Below are positions 50,555 through 60,766 of a stretch of DNA of 64,000 bases, piece after piece. How positions within the stretch are numbered: position 1 is the first letter of the stretch; every line of letters begins with the position of its first letter. The notes below the pieces were generated by a model that saw only the letters and a program-made list of their open reading frames with translations, did not search any database and was not told the origin of the DNA. This stretch comes from a bacterium (GTDB taxonomy: Bacteria > J088 > JAWLBW01): contig JAWLHK010000020.1 in the NCBI GenBank assembly GCA_041690355.1, positions 1 to 64,000 of the forward strand, in the 5' to 3' direction. Position numbers and translations under genes: made by a program.

Positions 50555-51730
50555 TCAGCGCTGCAGGGCCTTGATGCCGGGCAGTTCGCGCCCTTCGAGA
50601 AATTCGAGGCTCGCGCCGCCGCCGGTCGAGACGTGCGCGATGCGATCGGCCAGGCCCGTCTGATTCAGCGCCGCGACGCTGTCGCCGCCGCCGACGACAT
50701 GAAAGGCGCTGCTGGCGGCCAGGGCGTCGGCGACGGCCCGCGTGCCCTGGGCGAAGGCGGGATTCTCGAAGAGCCCCATGGGCCCGTTCCAGAGAATCGT
50801 CTTCGCGTTCGCAACCCGCGCCTGGTAGAGGACCACCGATTGGGGGCCGATGTCGAAGCCCTTCTGCCCGTCGGGAATCGCGACCCCCGGCGTCGTCGCG
50901 GGGGGGGCGTCGGGTGCCGAGGCGATGATGTGATCGACGGGAAGGTGAATGGCGACCCCTTTCTCCTTCGCGGCCTTCAGAATCGCGAGGGCGTCGTCGA
51001 GCCGATCGTTCTCGACCAGCGAGTCGCCGACGGCGATCCCCTGCGCCTTGAGAAAAGTGTAGGCCATGGCGCCGCCGATGAGAAATTCGTCCACGACGCC
51101 GAGCAGGTGCCGGATGACCCCCATCTTGTCGGAGACCTTGGCGCCGCCGATGACGACGCAGAACGGCTTCTCCGGATTCGAGAGCAGGCGTCCCAGAGCG
51201 TCGACTTCCTTCTGCATGAGCAGGCCGGCGGCGACTTCGGGGATGCGCTCGGCTACCCCGACGGTCGAGACATGCGCCCGGTGAGCGGCCCCGAAGGCGT
51301 CATTCACGAAGACGTCGGCCAGTTTCGCCATCTGCTCGGCGAGCGCCGGATCGTTTTTTTCCTCGCCGGCATGAAAACGCGTGTTTTCGAGCAGGATCAC
51401 CTCGCCCGACGCGAGTTCGCCGGCCATCCGTTCGACCTCGGGGCCGACGCAGTCGGGGGCCAGGCGCACCGGTTTCCCGAGCAGTTCGCCCAGCCGGGCG
51501 GCCACGGGGGCCAGAGAGTACTTGTCGTTCCGGGTCCCTTTGGGCCGGCCCAGGTGCGACGCGACCAGCACGCGGGCCCCCTTCGCGAGGCAGAGCCGGA
51601 GGGTCGGGAGCGATTCGCGGATACGCGTGTCGTCGGTGATGCGGGTGCCTTCGAGCGGCACGTTCAGATCGGCGCGGAGCAGCACCCGCTTGCCGGCCAG
51701 ATCGAGGTCGTTGACGGAACGCAGGGCCAT
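50555..51730 (-). CDS. pgk: Phosphoglycerate kinase
   Basis: [30 protein letters not shown] and STGGGASLE motifs. Confidence 0.98.
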   Translation of the reverse strand: MALRSVNDLDLAGKRVLLRADLNVPLEGTRITDDTRIRESLPTLRLCLAKGARVLVASHLGRPKGTRNDKYSLAPVAARLGELLGKPVRLAPDCVGPEVERMAGELASGEVILLENTRFHAGEEKNDPALAEQMAKLADVFVNDAFGAAHRAHVSTVGVAERIPEVAAGLLMQKEVDALGRLLSNPEKPFCVVIGGAKVSDKMGVIRHLLGVVDEFLIGGAMAYTFLKAQGIAVGDSLVENDRLDDALAILKAAKEKGVAIHLPVDHIIASAPDAPPATTPGVAIPDGQKGFDIGPQSVVLYQARVANAKTILWNGPMGLFENPAFAQGTRAVADALAASSAFHVVGGGDSVAALNQTGLADRIAHVSTGGGASLEFLEGRELPGIKALQR

Positions 51731-51806
51731 GCAGAACCTCGGCGGAACAGGAGGAGGAGAGGACCGGAAGAAAAGGGGGCAGAAGCCCCCTCGGAGTCCG
51801 GCGGAA

Positions 51807-52856
<1,050 letters not shown>

Positions 52857-53055
52857 TTATCGGTCCCGTCCGACCCGGTCAACGGAGGGGGCAACTGGGC
52901 AGACGGTTCCATCTCCGGCATTCGGCGTTGTCGGGTCGGGTGCGGCGACGCAAGGTGGGAGGAAGCGACGCAGTACTGCGCCGCGGGATGCGCGTATTTC
53001 ACCCGTTTCACAGGCACCCATTTTCGCCCGCATCGGGCAAGCGCAGGAGGATAAC

Positions 53056-53628
53056 ATGGACGAAAGACGCAACGATTTTGCAGGCCCCGGCAGCCCCGGC
53101 CGCACCCGCAGCGCCCCCGGCGCGCCGGGTGAGCCGCTGACGAATCAGGGCTTCGGAACGAAGCAGACCGGACGGCTGCGCGACAAGTTGACGGCGACCA
53201 CGGGCCGCTTCCGGCGTGAGACGCGGCGCGGTCTCGATCAGGCCGAAAACGGCGCCGAGCAGGTCGAGCAGTATGCGCGCAAGGTCGAAGACGTCATCCG
53301 CAAGACCGAGAGCCGGCTCGAGCAGCTCATCGACTCTGCCGAGCGGCTGATGGAGCGCGGCGCCCGGTACGGATCGAACGCCCGCAGCTGGGTGAATCAG
53401 CATCCGGAATATAAGGAGAGGGCAAACCAGGTTCTCTCCCGTGCCAGGCACGCTCGTGAACGGGCTCAGCAGAAGGGGGCGTCTCTGCGATCGGGGGGCG
53501 CCTCGGATCAGGGCAGCGCCCGTGGCGCGATCGACTACGTGCGCGAGAACCCGCTGCAGATCCTCGCCGCCGCGACGGCGGCCGGGGTGGTCGCCGGTGC
53601 GGTCGCGCGCAGTGTGATGAGGGGGTAA
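53056..53628 (+). CDS. Helical tail-anchored protein (YqjD/DUF883-like)
   Basis: Coiled helical body, C-terminal YVRENPL followed by a hydrophobic helix; GGAGG RBS. Confidence 0.65.
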   Translation: MDERRNDFAGPGSPGRTRSAPGAPGEPLTNQGFGTKQTGRLRDKLTATTGRFRRETRRGLDQAENGAEQVEQYARKVEDVIRKTESRLEQLIDSAERLMERGARYGSNARSWVNQHPEYKERANQVLSRARHARERAQQKGASLRSGGASDQGSARGAIDYVRENPLQILAAATAAGVVAGAVARSVMRG

Positions 53629-53630
53629 CC

Positions 53631-54176
53631 ATGGGAAGCTTTGACCGCACGCGGGCCGCAGCGCGCAATCTGCGGGACGATGCTCGCGGCAACGTCGACT
53701 CGGTTTCGGAGGACGTGCGCTCCGTACTGCGCGGCATGGCCGAGCGGGCCGGTATCGCCGAAGATGAGGCGCAGCGCATGGCGCGCGACCTCACGTCCTA
53801 TGGGCGCGACTGGGCCAACCTTGTCCGTGACGACATCAGCCGGGAGCTCAAGATCACCATCACGAACGCGCTCATGGTCGCCGGCGCCGGATTCGTGGCC
53901 GCAATCGGCTTTGTGCTCCTGAACTTCGGCGCTGTCTGGTCGATTGCCAATGTCGGCGGAAACGTCGGCATCTGGTTCTTCATCTTCGGCGGCGCGTGGC
54001 TCGTCATCGCTGCCGTGCTCGGGGCGACCGCCTACGCATGGCAGAAGAAGGCGACCCGCCGAGCGTCCCAGAAATTCAAGGAAGACGTCTCGGTCCCGCG
54101 CAGGCATGCCCGCGACGTCGTTCATCATCTTCAGGAGGTGCGGCGTGACTCGTCAGGAACGCATGGACACGCTTGA
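53631..54176 (+). CDS. Phage-holin-family/YqjE-like membrane protein
   Basis: LVRDDI..EL segment followed by two TM helices; typical position after a DUF883-like gene. Confidence 0.6.
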   Translation: MGSFDRTRAAARNLRDDARGNVDSVSEDVRSVLRGMAERAGIAEDEAQRMARDLTSYGRDWANLVRDDISRELKITITNALMVAGAGFVAAIGFVLLNFGAVWSIANVGGNVGIWFFIFGGAWLVIAAVLGATAYAWQKKATRRASQKFKEDVSVPRRHARDVVHHLQEVRRDSSGTHGHA

Positions 54177-54516
54177 ACGGGAAAACTCCCAGCTTCAACG
54201 CGATCTGGAACATCTCATCGGTGTGGCCGACAACGCCCGTAAGGCGCTGCGCGATCGGCTGCGGGTCATGCGCGAGGCCGTGGCCCAGGATGTGAAGCAG
54301 GCATCGAAGGAGCTGGCCTCCGATTCGCGCGCCGTCGCCGGCCAGGCCGTGAGCGATACTTCGGCCGCGGCAAAAGACGCCGTCGTACGGGGCGCGCGAA
54401 CCGCCGCCGACAAGGTCGACCCGCGCCATGTCGCCGAGCGCCAGCCGGTGCTCGGGGTCGCGCTGGCCCTCGGGGCCGGATTCGCGGTCGGTATGGCGCT
54501 GCGCCGCGCCGTCTGA
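54145..54516 (+). CDS. Tail-anchored hypothetical protein
   Basis: GTG after AGGAGG; C-terminal QP.LGVALALGAGFAVG helix. Confidence 0.6.
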   Translation: MTRQERMDTLERENSQLQRDLEHLIGVADNARKALRDRLRVMREAVAQDVKQASKELASDSRAVAGQAVSDTSAAAKDAVVRGARTAADKVDPRHVAERQPVLGVALALGAGFAVGMALRRAV

Positions 54517-54574
54517 GTCTGGAAATCATCAGCGGGCGGAGATCGGCACTCCCGGTCTGCGCCCGCTTTTTTCG

Positions 54575-55234
54575 TCAGGAACGAGGCGGCAGCGGCCCGG
54601 TGCGCAGGAAGCGCTGTTCGAAACGGGGGGTCGTCACGGCGGGTATCAGGAAGCGGGCATCCGGGTCCAACCCCGCCTGTTGCAGAAGATTGCCCTCGGC
54701 GCCGAACAGCTCAGTAAAGTCGTGCCCCGGCCATTGAGCGCGCTCGGGGGGCCCCGCCGTGAAGTTGAGTTCGCAGTCGGTGTCGATGTCGGCCTCGCCG
54801 CCGGCGTCGCGGATCTTGAGCCCGTGCACCCGGCAGTAGAACGGACGCGCGGCGTACAGGGAACAACTTCGGTCTTCGCCGAGCACCGGGCAGGCCACCA
54901 GGCCCAGCGTCTCGAGAATCCGGTCGACTTCATCTTCCTCCAACGCGTCGACGCGAAACGGATAGGCCCACCCCGGTCGCAGGCGGGCGATCTCGGCGAG
55001 CAGCCGTTCAGCGCGATCGGCAATGGCGGTACGCAAGGGGCCGGGCGCGCGCAACCACGCTTCATGCAGGAGCAGGGCGTCGAGCACCCCGATGTCGAAC
55101 AGGCCGTGGCAGCACAGCGCGCAGCCGCGGCGGCACTGGACGGCGTCGCCGAACGCCGCCCGGGAACTCTCGGTGAGGCCCTCGAGTCGCGACAGCAGCT
55201 GTTGATATTGCCCGGCGGTTTCGGATTCGTTCAC
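54575..55234 (-). CDS. YkgJ-family (CxxCxxCC) Zn/Fe-chelating protein
   Basis: CRRGCALCC, CPVL...CSLYAARPFYCR.HG; start uncertain. Confidence 0.82.
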   Translation of the reverse strand: MNESETAGQYQQLLSRLEGLTESSRAAFGDAVQCRRGCALCCHGLFDIGVLDALLLHEAWLRAPGPLRTAIADRAERLLAEIARLRPGWAYPFRVDALEEDEVDRILETLGLVACPVLGEDRSCSLYAARPFYCRVHGLKIRDAGGEADIDTDCELNFTAGPPERAQWPGHDFTELFGAEGNLLQQAGLDPDARFLIPAVTTPRFEQRFLRTGPLPPRS

Positions 55235-55367
55235 GGTGTTCTCGCAGATTTCGCAACTGTACTCGCCACGGGTATCCGGAGGGCAGCCGGATTTGCGTGC
55301 GATAGCGTAAATGGTATGATAACTCGATTTTTGCGGAAATCCCTTCCGCGAATCCAGGAGGAGAGAG

Positions 55368-55799
55368 ATGAACCGTAAAGAGTTGGTCGCCGAGGTTGCC
55401 AAGCGCACCGAAGTGGCGATGAGCCAGATCAACCACACGCTTGATCACGTTCTCGATGCCATCTCCGAAGCGCTGACGGGCGGCCGCGACGTGGCGCTCA
55501 AGGGTTTCGGCACGTTCTCGGTCTCGAAGCGCGCTGCTCGCGTTGGCCGCAATCCCCAGACCGGCGCCACCATCAAGATCGGCGCCAGCAAGAGCCCGAA
55601 GTTCAAGCCCTCGTCGCAGCTGAAGCAGGCCGTCAAGGCCGGCAAGGTTGCCAAGAAGGCCGCGCCGGCCAAGAAGGCTTCGAAGCCTGCCGCCAAGAAG
55701 GCTGCACCGAAGAAGGCCGCTGCCAAGCCGGCCGCCAAGAAGGTTGCCAAGAAGGCCCCCGCCAAGAAGGCGCCGGCCAAGAAGGCTGCCAAGAAGTAA
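55368..55799 (+). CDS. HU-family DNA-binding protein with PAKK-rich tail
   Basis: MNRKEL, GFGTF, R.GRNPQTG, PKFKP and (P/A)AKK repeats. Confidence 0.95.
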   Translation: MNRKELVAEVAKRTEVAMSQINHTLDHVLDAISEALTGGRDVALKGFGTFSVSKRAARVGRNPQTGATIKIGASKSPKFKPSSQLKQAVKAGKVAKKAAPAKKASKPAAKKAAPKKAAAKPAAKKVAKKAPAKKAPAKKAAKK

Positions 55800-55820
55800 C
55801 TCTTGGAGTTTCGCATTTTC

Positions 55821-55850
55821 GAAAAGCCGGCCGCGAGCCGGCTTTTCTTT
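55821..55850 (+). terminator. Terminator after HU gene
   Basis: gaaaagccggc-cgcga-gccggcttttc hairpin followed by Ts. Confidence 0.8.
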
Positions 55851-55918
55851 TGGTGCGCCCGGCAAGGGGGGCGATGCGCCTTGCTGAGCGGAACCCTCAG
55901 GGTTAAAATGCTCGTCTC

Positions 55919-56968
55919 ATGATCAGCATTGCCGTAGACACGATGGGGGGCGACCACGGGCCCGCCGATTTCGTGGATGCCGTCGCCGCCGCGAGCATCA
56001 ACCTCAACGTCGAGTTTCTGCTCGTCGGTCACGAACGCACCCTCACGGCGCTGCTCTCCGAACGCGAACACAACCCCGAGCGCATCGCCGTCTACCACGC
56101 GCCCGATGCCGTGGGCCAGTATGAAGACGCCGGCCGGGCCGTCGCGGCGAAACCCGACGCAAGCATCGCCATTGCGGCGCGCCTGGTTCGTGAAGGGCTC
56201 GCCCAGACCCTGGTGACGGCCGGCAACCCGCGCGCCATACTGCTTACGGCCGACCGCAGTTTTGCGCGCATCGCAGGGGTCGGCAACGTCGCCCTTGCCT
56301 CGGTGTTTCCCACCGAGACCCGCCGCGGCGAAAAAGAAGACCCGTTCTCGCTGATTCTCGATACGGGGGCCGCCCCGCGAGCGACCGCGCACGATCTGGT
56401 CGCCTATGCGGTCATGGGCGGCGCCTATGCATCGGTCGTGTCCAGAAACCTGCGTCCGCGCGTGGGCCTGCTCAGCAACGGCACCGAAGAAGAGGCCGAA
56501 CTGACGCCCGAAATCCGCGAGGCGTCGGCCGCTCTGCGCGAGCATCCCGGCGTGCATTACATCGGCCCCATCGACGCCATGGACATCCCGCGCGGGACGG
56601 CGGATATCGTCGTCTGTTCCGGCTTTACCGGCAGCATCGCCACCAAGCTGCTCGAGGGGGTGCACGAGACCGTGCTCAGCCTCGCCCGCTACGCCTACAA
56701 GGAGCGGGCCATGAAGCGGGCCGCGCTCGTCATGCTGCAGGGGGGCGTCTCGCAGCTCAAGCAGCTCACCGATTGGGAGCAGTACGGCGGCGCGCCGATA
56801 CTCGGCTTCGAATATCCCATCATCCGCGCGCACGGCCGCTCGCATGCCCGCGCCCTGCACAACGCCATCAAGATCGCCGCCAAGGTCGCCGGAAGCGATC
56901 TGATCGCGCGCATCCGCACGGGGCTGGCCGCCTGCCCGCCCGACGCCGGCGACGGAGCCTCATCGTGA
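55919..56968 (+). CDS. plsX: PlsX-like phosphate acyltransferase (divergent)
   Basis: IAVDTMGGDHGP, LILDTGA, VGLLSNGTE, GFTG and YGGAPILG...AHGRS motifs. Confidence 0.75.
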   Translation: MISIAVDTMGGDHGPADFVDAVAAASINLNVEFLLVGHERTLTALLSEREHNPERIAVYHAPDAVGQYEDAGRAVAAKPDASIAIAARLVREGLAQTLVTAGNPRAILLTADRSFARIAGVGNVALASVFPTETRRGEKEDPFSLILDTGAAPRATAHDLVAYAVMGGAYASVVSRNLRPRVGLLSNGTEEEAELTPEIREASAALREHPGVHYIGPIDAMDIPRGTADIVVCSGFTGSIATKLLEGVHETVLSLARYAYKERAMKRAALVMLQGGVSQLKQLTDWEQYGGAPILGFEYPIIRAHGRSHARALHNAIKIAAKVAGSDLIARIRTGLAACPPDAGDGASS

Positions 56969-58011
56969 GCATCCGGCGAGTCTACCGCTGGGATCTCGAC
57001 AAGACGTACCTGCGCACCGATTTCGATTCGGCGCTCGGCCTGCTGCGCGCCGCGTTCGAGGGGGCGCAGTCCAAACAGAACGTTCCCGGCACGGCGGGCC
57101 TGCTGCGTGAGCTGCGGCGCGCGGGGAGCGCAAGCGAAGTGAACCGGATCTACTTCATCAGCGGCAGTCCGCGGCAGATGCGTCCGGTGATCGAGCAGAA
57201 GCTGCGCATCGACGGCGTGCAGTGGGATGGTCTCGTCCTTAAACCGAACATCGAGAACATGCTGCGCGGCCGTCTGCGGGCCGTCAAGGAACAGATCGGC
57301 TACAAGCTGCCCGTCCTGCTCGAGTCGCGCGGCGGCATTGAGCCGCCGAGCCCCGAGATTCTGTTCGGCGACGACGCCGAGTGGGACGCTTTTATTTATT
57401 CCCTCTACGGCGATCTGATTGCCGGGCGCGTCGAGGGGGTCGATCTCGAGCGGACGCTGCAGCTCGCCCGCGTTTATCCCGATGCCCGGGCGCGCATCCT
57501 GCGGGCGCTCCACATGGTGCCGCCCTTCGATGCCGTGCGCCGGATCTTCATCAATCTTGACCGCCGGACCCCGCCGACGCACCTGGCTCCCTACGGGCGG
57601 CGGGTGGTCCCGATCTACAACTACTTTCAAGCGGCCCTCGTGCTCGGCGAGACGGGCGAGCTGACCCCCGAAGCGGTCATCCGCGTCGCGCTCGAAATGA
57701 TCCGCAAGCACGAGTACGAGGTCGAACAGCTTTCGAATTCGTATCAGGAGCTGTTGCGCCGGAGAACCATTTCCGGCGCCATCGGCGAGGCGCTTGCCGT
57801 CGCGCTTCGCGACTTCCAGACTCCACCCGGCATGCCGTCGGCCGAAGAGGTGCTCTTCAGCTTCCAGCGGCGAGTACGGGCGATCGCTCATTCGGGACGC
57901 ATGGCGCCGCCCGAAGACGAGCCGATCGACTATCCCACCCTGTTCGTGCGCGAGCAACGCCGCCATCACGAGGCGAAAGCGCGGCGCAAAGCCCCCTCGC
58001 TTTTCGAATGA
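56965..58011 (+). CDS. App1/lipin-like HAD phosphatase (putative phosphatidate phosphatase)
   Basis: WDLDKTY (DxDxT), FISGSP, GYK and LFGDDAE.D motifs; GTGA coupling to plsX. Confidence 0.7.
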   Translation: MSIRRVYRWDLDKTYLRTDFDSALGLLRAAFEGAQSKQNVPGTAGLLRELRRAGSASEVNRIYFISGSPRQMRPVIEQKLRIDGVQWDGLVLKPNIENMLRGRLRAVKEQIGYKLPVLLESRGGIEPPSPEILFGDDAEWDAFIYSLYGDLIAGRVEGVDLERTLQLARVYPDARARILRALHMVPPFDAVRRIFINLDRRTPPTHLAPYGRRVVPIYNYFQAALVLGETGELTPEAVIRVALEMIRKHEYEVEQLSNSYQELLRRRTISGAIGEALAVALRDFQTPPGMPSAEEVLFSFQRRVRAIAHSGRMAPPEDEPIDYPTLFVREQRRHHEAKARRKAPSLFE

Positions 58012-58057
58012 ACGCGGGTGGAGGGGGCGGCGGGTTCCGGGTACCATGAACGTTTTC

Positions 58058-58693
58058 ATGGCCGGATATTTCATCACCATCGAAGGGGGCGAAGGGGCGG
58101 GCAAGACCACCCTGCAGCATGCCCTCTCGCGCCGTCTCGAAGAGGCGGGGTTCACCGTGCTGACGACCCGCGAGCCGGGGGGCACGGCGCTCGGGGCGCG
58201 CCTGCGCGGCGAGCTCCTGAACGGGGGGGCGGTGGCGCCGACGGCCGAGCTGCTGCTCTATGCCGCCGATCGGGCCCAGCACGTCTCCGAGGTCATCGCC
58301 CCGGCCCTGGCGCGCGGTACCGTCGTGCTCTGCGATCGCTTCAGCGACTCGACGCTCGCCTACCAGGGCTTCGGCCGGGGGCTCGATGCGGCGCTCATCC
58401 GCCGGCTGAACCGCGTGGCCCAGCAGGGGGTTGCGCCGCAGTTGACCCTCTGGCTCGACCTTCCGGTCGCCAAAGGCCTCGCCCGCGTTAGCGGGCGGGG
58501 GGCGGGCCGCGACCGCTTCGAAACCGAAGCGCGCCGCTTTCACGAACGGGTGCGGCGGGGTTTCGCCGAGCTTGCCCGGCAGCATCCCCGACGGATCCTG
58601 CGCGTCGACGCCGACCAGGATCCCGCCGGGGTGCTCGAAGCCTGCTGGCAGATTGTTCTTCCCCGCGTGCGGAGGCGACATGCCCGGCTTTGA
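58058..58693 (+). CDS. tmk: Thymidylate kinase
   Basis: FITIEGGEGAGKTT, TREPGG, LLYAADRAQH and CDRF.DST.AYQG motifs. Confidence 0.97.
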   Translation: MAGYFITIEGGEGAGKTTLQHALSRRLEEAGFTVLTTREPGGTALGARLRGELLNGGAVAPTAELLLYAADRAQHVSEVIAPALARGTVVLCDRFSDSTLAYQGFGRGLDAALIRRLNRVAQQGVAPQLTLWLDLPVAKGLARVSGRGAGRDRFETEARRFHERVRRGFAELARQHPRRILRVDADQDPAGVLEACWQIVLPRVRRRHARL

Positions 58694-59669
58694 AGACGTG
58701 CTCGGACACCGCGACGTCAAGGATCGTCTCGGGCGCAGCGCGCGCCTCGAGCGGGTCGGCAGCGGCTATCTCTTTCTCGGACCCGCGGGGGTCGGCCGCC
58801 GCCTGACCGCCGTCGCATGGGCGGCCGTTCTCAACTGCGAGCAGCCGGGCGATCTGTATCCCTATGCCTGCGGGCAGTGCCGCCCGTGCCGGCTCATCGG
58901 CCAGCAGCAGCATCCGGACCTGATCCAGATCGCCGCCGAACCGAACAAGGATCTCAAGATCGAACAGATTCGCGAGGCCGTGCGCGAGGCCCACTTCAAA
59001 CCATACGAGGCGAAGAAGAAGGTCTTTCTCTTCGACAACGCCGATCACATGACCGACGGCGCGGCGAATGCGCTGCTGAAGACGCTCGAGGAGCCGTCGT
59101 CGACGCTGGTCCTCATCCTCATTGCCGAAAGCGAAGGCCGCCTGCTTCCCACGATCCGAAGCCGCTGCCAGATGGTGCGGTTCGGCGCGCTGGCGCTCGA
59201 CCTCGTGGCCGCCGAGCTGGTCAAGCGGGGAGCCAGCGAACAGAAGGCACGCCTGCTCGCTCACCAGTCGAGTGGCAGCCTGGGGCGCGCCATCGAGGCC
59301 CTGGAAGAGGGCGAGACGCAGGAGCAGCTGCGCACCGACCTCTTTCAGAAGCTGGGCGATCGGGAGTCAAACCCCATTCTCGGTTACCATCTGGCCGAGC
59401 GTTACAAGACGAACGACGAGCTCGGCCCCGTCTTCGCCTTTCTCAAGAGTTTCTACCGCGATGCCGTACTGCTGGCGAGCGGCGCCGATGTCCGGCGCAT
59501 CGCCAACGAAGACCAGTTCGAGCTCGTGCGTGCCGAAGCGCTGCGGCACTCGCCCGACGAACTGGCCGAGAAGTTCGCGGCCATCGAGGCGGCCGAACGG
59601 CGCATTTTCGACGTCCACGCGAACAAGCAGCTCGTGCTCGATCAGCTTTTCAATCTGCTCACGGCCTGA
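58680..59669 (+). CDS. holB: DNA polymerase III delta' subunit
   Basis: YLF.GP.GVG, C..C..C Zn motif, HPDL, ANALLKTLEEP and LPTIRSRCQ; follows tmk. Confidence 0.94.
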   Translation: MPGFEDVLGHRDVKDRLGRSARLERVGSGYLFLGPAGVGRRLTAVAWAAVLNCEQPGDLYPYACGQCRPCRLIGQQQHPDLIQIAAEPNKDLKIEQIREAVREAHFKPYEAKKKVFLFDNADHMTDGAANALLKTLEEPSSTLVLILIAESEGRLLPTIRSRCQMVRFGALALDLVAAELVKRGASEQKARLLAHQSSGSLGRAIEALEEGETQEQLRTDLFQKLGDRESNPILGYHLAERYKTNDELGPVFAFLKSFYRDAVLLASGADVRRIANEDQFELVRAEALRHSPDELAEKFAAIEAAERRIFDVHANKQLVLDQLFNLLTA

Positions 59670-59720
59670 AGGCCGTGGTGCGGAATCGATGAATGGAATC
59701 CGAAACACCCGGAGTGAACC

Positions 59721-60044
59721 ATGGCGAATGTGAGCGACGTGACCGAAGCCGATTTCCAGTCTGAAGTTCTTCAGGCGGGCACCCCTGTGCTCGTCGATTT
59801 CTGGGCCACCTGGTGCGCCCCCTGCAAGGCGATCGCCCCGATTCTCGATGAACTGGCGGGCGTCTACGGCGACAAGCTGCGCATCGTCAAGGTCAACGGC
59901 GACGAGAATCCGCGCATCATGACCCAGTACAACGTGCGCTCGCTGCCTACGGTGCTGCTCTTCAAGGGCGGACAGATCGTGGGGCAGCAGATCGGCGCGG
60001 CTCCGAAGTCCAAATTCGAGGCGCTGGTCAAACCGCACCTCTGA
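59721..60044 (+). CDS. trxA: Thioredoxin
   Basis: VLVDFWATWCAPCK and SLPT motifs. Confidence 0.95.
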   Translation: MANVSDVTEADFQSEVLQAGTPVLVDFWATWCAPCKAIAPILDELAGVYGDKLRIVKVNGDENPRIMTQYNVRSLPTVLLFKGGQIVGQQIGAAPKSKFEALVKPHL

Positions 60045-60251
60045 GTCGCCCCGGACACGCCCTCGCAGTCTGCGGACTGCGTCTGCACGGCCTTCGTCAA
60101 CCCGGCCGCGGCCGGTCGGCGCTCGCGAGCGCAGCGGCGGGCGCGTCCATCCTACAGTGGCGGGGAGAGTCGCGCGGCGCGACCGGGAGCGGCATGCCTT
60201 TTTACGCCCCTTCGCGCTGCGCCGGCAACCCGCATGGGAAGAGGTCGAGGG

Positions 60252-60626
60252 ATGGAGCCGATTGGACGCCGGCGCTGGGCCATAGCCGAGGGGTACATTC
60301 CCCGCGAAAGCCATGGTCCTGCTCCCGAAATGGAGAGCCATGAGACCGTCTGCATCCTGAATGCCGGCGAACGGGAGGCGCACGTCGCCGTCACCGTTTT
60401 CTATGCCGACCGCGATCCGGTCGCCTACCGGATCGTAGTGCCCGCCCGGCGCACCCGCCACGTGCGATTCAACAACCTAAACGATCCGGAGCCGATCCCC
60501 AGGGGGACCGATTTCGCGAGCGTCATCGAATCCGACGTCCCCATCGTCTGTCAGCACACGCGCCTCGACTCGCGGCAGGCCGAGAACGCGCTGCTTTCGA
60601 CGATGGCCTGGGCCGAATCGGGTTGA
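60252..60626 (+). CDS. ASRT (sensory rhodopsin transducer) family protein
   Basis: IG.R.WAI.EGYIP, SHE..C.LN, RRT.HVRFN.L and ESDVPIV.QHTRLDSRQ motifs. Confidence 0.88.
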   Translation: MEPIGRRRWAIAEGYIPRESHGPAPEMESHETVCILNAGEREAHVAVTVFYADRDPVAYRIVVPARRTRHVRFNNLNDPEPIPRGTDFASVIESDVPIVCQHTRLDSRQAENALLSTMAWAESG

Positions 60627-60641
60627 GGAGCGAGGCGACAC

Positions 60642-60716
60642 ATGGCCAGCCAGACCGTAGCAGACTTTCTGATCGAGGATGAGCGCTCTCGCAGTACGGC
60701 GAAGGGTGTTTCGTGA
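60642..60716 (+). pseudogene. N-terminal stub resembling a ThDP-dependent (pyruvate oxidase-like) enzyme
   Basis: RBS-like sequence then MASQTVADFLIE, followed by unrelated sequence and a stop after 24 codons. Confidence 0.45.
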
Positions 60717-60766
60717 CGAGTGGGGGACTCGGTAACCGGGTACTGGCCGCTGTATGAGGAGTGAGC

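Noticed and set aside
53631-54176. Prophage lysis gene
   Set aside because: No endolysin or other phage genes; the context is a yqjDE-like host cluster.
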